A stretch of 64,000 bases of DNA from Acidimicrobiales bacterium (GTDB taxonomy: Bacteria; Actinomycetota; Acidimicrobiia; Acidimicrobiales; VFJN01). Location: positions 18,111 to 82,110 of the forward strand of contig DATHAO010000002.1 in assembly GCA_035296625.1 (NCBI GenBank). Direction: 5' to 3'. The notes beneath the pieces were generated by a model. It ran no database searches, was not told the origin of the DNA, and saw only the letters and a program-made list of their open reading frames with translations. Positions 61,434 to 64,000 of this stretch are shown one piece after another. Within the stretch, counting starts at the first letter, position 1. The number at the start of each line of letters is the position of its first letter. Made by a program: the position numbers and the translations under genes.

Positions 61434-62929
61434 CCCCGTCTCCGCCTTGCCCCGTTCCGAGCCCTTGGTCCGTCGGCGGAGGGCCCGCGCTTCTGGGGAG
61501 CGGCGTGGTTGCGATGCAGCCGCTTCGGTCCCCGGAACTGCTGCCACCCGCCCGCCGAGATGCGGGGGCAACGGGCGACGGTGGCGTCGGCGGTGACTCC
61601 CCACCCCGGGGCGACGGCGGGGGCTTCCGCCGCGACTGTGGCGGGGGAGGCGACGGCAGGGGCGGCGGAAGCGAGGGTGGTGGCGGGGCAACGGGCGCCG
61701 GCGACGCCGGCGGCGACTCCCCATCCCGGGGCGACGGCGCGGGCTTCCGCCGCGACGGCGGCGGGGGAGGCGACGGCAGCGGCGGCCGAGCAGAGGGTGG
61801 TGGCGGCGGGCTGCCGGCCGAGGCGTACGCCGCCTGCCTGGCCGCCCTTCCCGGCATGGGTCCGGCGCGGCTCATGGCGGTGCTGGCCCTCGATGACCCG
61901 GCGGCGGCGTGGGCCCGCGTCGGGTCCGGGCGCGGCTGGGGCGAGCGCCAGGTCCGGGAGGCACTCGGCGGGGGTGCCGATCGGCTGGTCGAGCGGTGGC
62001 AGCGCGCGGCCCGTGACATCAGCCCGGCGGCCATGTGGCAGCGGGTCCTCGACGCCGGCGTCGGCGTAGCGACTCTCGGCTCACCGGCCTACCCCTCGGC
62101 GCTCGCCGACGACGTCGAGCCGCCGGCCATCCTCTTCCACCTCGGCTCACCCGAGGTGATCACCGGTCCGCGCGTGGCGATCGTGGGCACCCGCCGCTGC
62201 ACGGCGACGGGGACCAGCGTCGCCCTCGAGCTCGGACGCGACCTGTCCCGGGCGGGCGTCGCCGTCGTGTCGGGCCTGGCGACCGGCATCGACGCCGCCG
62301 CCCACCGCGGAGCGCTCACCGCCGGTGCCGCGCCGCCCATCGGCGTCGCCGGCAGCGGGCTCGACGTCGTCTACCCGCGTGGTCAGGCGGCGCTGTGGCA
62401 GGCCGTGGTCGACACAGGCGTGCTTCTGTCCGAGACACCCCTGGGGATCCGGCCCGAGCGCTGGCGCTTCCCGGCCCGGAACCGCATCATCGCCGCGCTG
62501 GCTGACCTGGTCGTCGTCATCGAGTCGCACCGTCGTGGCGGGTCACTGCACACGGTCGACGAGGCCGACCGGCGAGGCGTCGACGTGCTGGCCGTGCCGG
62601 GGTCGGTTCGCAACCCGGCGGCCGCCGGCACGAACGGCCTCCTCGCCGAGGGCCGGGCGCCGGTCACCTGCGCCGACGACGTGCTCATGGCGCTCGGGCT
62701 CGGCTCGGCCGGGCGGCACCCGCCGGCGGACCGCCGACCACGGCCAGCCCCCGACGACCAGGCGCTGCTCGACGTGCTCGGCTGGCAGGCGGCCACGCTC
62801 GACCAGCTGCTCCTGCGATCCGAGCGCGACCTCGGCGCGATGACGATGTCCCTCCACCAGCTGATCCAGGCAGGGTGGGTCGTGCAGCACGGTGGGTGGT
62901 ACGAGCGGGTCGCCGAGGGCGGGTCGTGA
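61430..62929 (+). CDS. dprA: DNA-processing protein DprA (start uncertain; N-terminal ~125 codons include a tandem repeat)
   Basis: Core motifs: VAIVGTRRCT, VVSGLATGIDAAAHRGAL, GVAGSGLDVVYP, F..RNRIIAAL, and a C-terminal WH domain. ATG 61430 forms an ATGA overlap with the comM stop. No canonical in-frame start lies between 61514 and 61856. Confidence 0.8.
   Translation: MTPSPPCPVPSPWSVGGGPALLGSGVVAMQPLRSPELLPPARRDAGATGDGGVGGDSPPRGDGGGFRRDCGGGGDGRGGGSEGGGGATGAGDAGGDSPSRGDGAGFRRDGGGGGDGSGGRAEGGGGGLPAEAYAACLAALPGMGPARLMAVLALDDPAAAWARVGSGRGWGERQVREALGGGADRLVERWQRAARDISPAAMWQRVLDAGVGVATLGSPAYPSALADDVEPPAILFHLGSPEVITGPRVAIVGTRRCTATGTSVALELGRDLSRAGVAVVSGLATGIDAAAHRGALTAGAAPPIGVAGSGLDVVYPRGQAALWQAVVDTGVLLSETPLGIRPERWRFPARNRIIAALADLVVVIESHRRGGSLHTVDEADRRGVDVLAVPGSVRNPAAAGTNGLLAEGRAPVTCADDVLMALGLGSAGRHPPADRRPRPAPDDQALLDVLGWQAATLDQLLLRSERDLGAMTMSLHQLIQAGWVVQHGGWYERVAEGGS
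61561..61800 (+). repeat. 120-bp tandem repeat x2 (about 88% identical by eye)
   Basis: Lines 61561-61680 and 61681-61800 align base for base with exactly 120-nt period. Confidence 0.9.
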
Positions 62930-62975
62930 CCCGGGCGCCGTCCGGAGGATGGCTGGTCGGCGGGGGCCCGGCCGG

Positions 62976-62981
62976 TACGGT
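62976..62981 (+). promoter_or_regulatory. predicted -10 element of a leaderless promoter for xerC
   Basis: TACGGT, 7 nt, ATG 62989. Confidence 0.45.
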
Positions 62982-62988
62982 CGCACCC

Positions 62989-63930
62989 ATGTCGTGGCAG
63001 CTCGACGACTTCGGGCGGTCGCTCACCGGCGTGGCGCCGGCGACCGTCGAGGCCTACGGCCGCGACCTCCGGGCGTTCGTCGCCTGGGCCGAACGCCTCG
63101 GGCTCGACGGGCCCGCTGGCGTCGAACGCACGACGCTCCGTCGCTACCTGGCGTACCTCGCCACACGCGGCCACGCCCGGCGGACCATCGCCCGGCGGGC
63201 GTCCGCGCTGCGCCGCTACTTCGGCTGGCTGCTGCGCACAGGCGCCGTGACCGCCGACCCGTCGGCCGGTCTCAGCGCGCCCAAGGGCGAGGCCCGCCTC
63301 CCACGGGTGCTGCGACCCGACGAGCTACGCACGCTGCTCGGCGACCCGTCGCCCGCAGCCGACCTGGTCGACGGCGGCGCCTCGACCGACGGCGCCGCCT
63401 CGACCGCGGCCGCCTCGGAGGCCGAGGGCGGGGGCGCGCGCCGGTGGCGCGACGACGCCGTGCTCGAGATCCTCTACGGCAGCGGGCTCCGCATCGCCGA
63501 GCTGACGGGGCTCGACCTGGGCGACGTCGACCTGGCCCAGCGTCGCCTCGTGGTCTGGGGAAAGGGCCGGAAGCAGCGCGCCGTGCCACTCGGCGAGCCG
63601 GCCGCCGAAGCACTCGACCGGTGGCTGCGGCTGGGCCGTGACGCGATGGTGACCGAGGCGACGCCGCCCGCGGCCGTATTCCTCAACGCCCGCGGCCGGC
63701 GGCTCACGCCCCGCGACGCGCGGCGCATCGTCGACCGCCGATCGGCCACCCCGACCCATCCTCACGCCCTGCGTCACACATTCGCGACGCACCTGCTCGA
63801 CGGGGGTGCCGACCTTCGTGTGGTGCAGGAGCTGCTTGGTCATACGGACCTGGCCACCACTCAGAGGTACACTCACGTCTCGAAGGAACGGCTCCGATCG
63901 GTGCACGCCGCCACCCATCCGAGGGCCTAG
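62989..63930 (+). CDS. xerC: site-specific tyrosine recombinase XerC
   Basis: Catalytic-motif contexts YGSGLRIAEL, HALRHTFATHLL, LLGH....TTQRYTHV. Conserved position after dprA. Confidence 0.9.
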   Translation: MSWQLDDFGRSLTGVAPATVEAYGRDLRAFVAWAERLGLDGPAGVERTTLRRYLAYLATRGHARRTIARRASALRRYFGWLLRTGAVTADPSAGLSAPKGEARLPRVLRPDELRTLLGDPSPAADLVDGGASTDGAASTAAASEAEGGGARRWRDDAVLEILYGSGLRIAELTGLDLGDVDLAQRRLVVWGKGRKQRAVPLGEPAAEALDRWLRLGRDAMVTEATPPAAVFLNARGRRLTPRDARRIVDRRSATPTHPHALRHTFATHLLDGGADLRVVQELLGHTDLATTQRYTHVSKERLRSVHAATHPRA

Positions 63931-64000
63931 GACAATGTCGCACAATGACGTCGACATAACTTCCTCGTGGAAGGCGTACAAGGGTCACGCCTGTCGTGAC

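Noticed and set aside
62989-63930. Tyrosine recombinase as a marker of an integrated mobile element.
   Set aside because: It sits in the conserved comM-dprA-xerC arrangement and has the XerC/D catalytic motifs. No att-like repeats, tRNA or phage/ICE genes are adjacent.

Overview
Very GC-rich (about 70% by eye) actinobacterial-type chromosomal DNA. I support about 70 protein genes and found no rRNA, tRNA, CRISPR array, transposase or phage gene. All product calls come from motifs read in the supplied translations and from memory of the families; no searches were run.

Backbone: a conserved actinobacterial housekeeping synteny runs rpmB / DAK2(YloV)-recG ... rsmD-coaD-coiled coil-yceD-rpmF-plsX-acpP-rnc-mutM-smc ... 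ftsY-BON-ffh-rpsP-KH-rimM-trmD-rplS-DUF2469-yraN ... comM-dprA-xerC. A MoxR-DUF58-VWA operon lies antisense between smc and ftsY. The left third (0-19 kb) mixes housekeeping and metabolic genes: xthA, a UvrD2-like helicase, galTK, mcr-like CoA transferase, secreted SGNH and GH16 enzymes, an MhuD-like haem oxygenase, hsp20 with a HAIR operator, and pckG.

Most interesting region: the ~17.5 kb variable segment between recG and rsmD (23.2-40.8 kb).
- It starts with a lower-GC stretch holding a secreted trypsin-like protease.
- Next is a minus-strand operon of a USP-like protein, an unknown protein and an EEP phosphoesterase. The two downstream genes carry three frameshifts between them.
- Its divergent wHTH-NB-ARC-TPR regulator is itself frameshifted in a G6 tract inside the Walker A codons.
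- Downstream is a tightly packed trio: a CAP-effector-domain-only protein, a MaoC hot-dog hydratase, and a second paralogous wHTH-STAND regulator with a degenerate P-loop.
- A redox operon (methyltransferase, FAD oxidoreductase, 52-aa basic microprotein, OsmC) converges on that trio.
I do not recognise this paired-STAND cassette as a described system. It is my best candidate for something new, but this is inference only.

Other notable observations:
- A TANNNT-N6-8-start leaderless promoter architecture occurs at 12 or more genes, including an identical 19-mer at two of them.
- An S1-domain protein has 14 RRRSRR motifs in its tail.
- The MhuD-like protein has a Gly/Pro insertion next to the predicted haem-ligand His.
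- A 120-bp tandem repeat lies between comM and the DprA core.
- rnc and yraN both lack a canonical start upstream of conserved N-terminal sequence.
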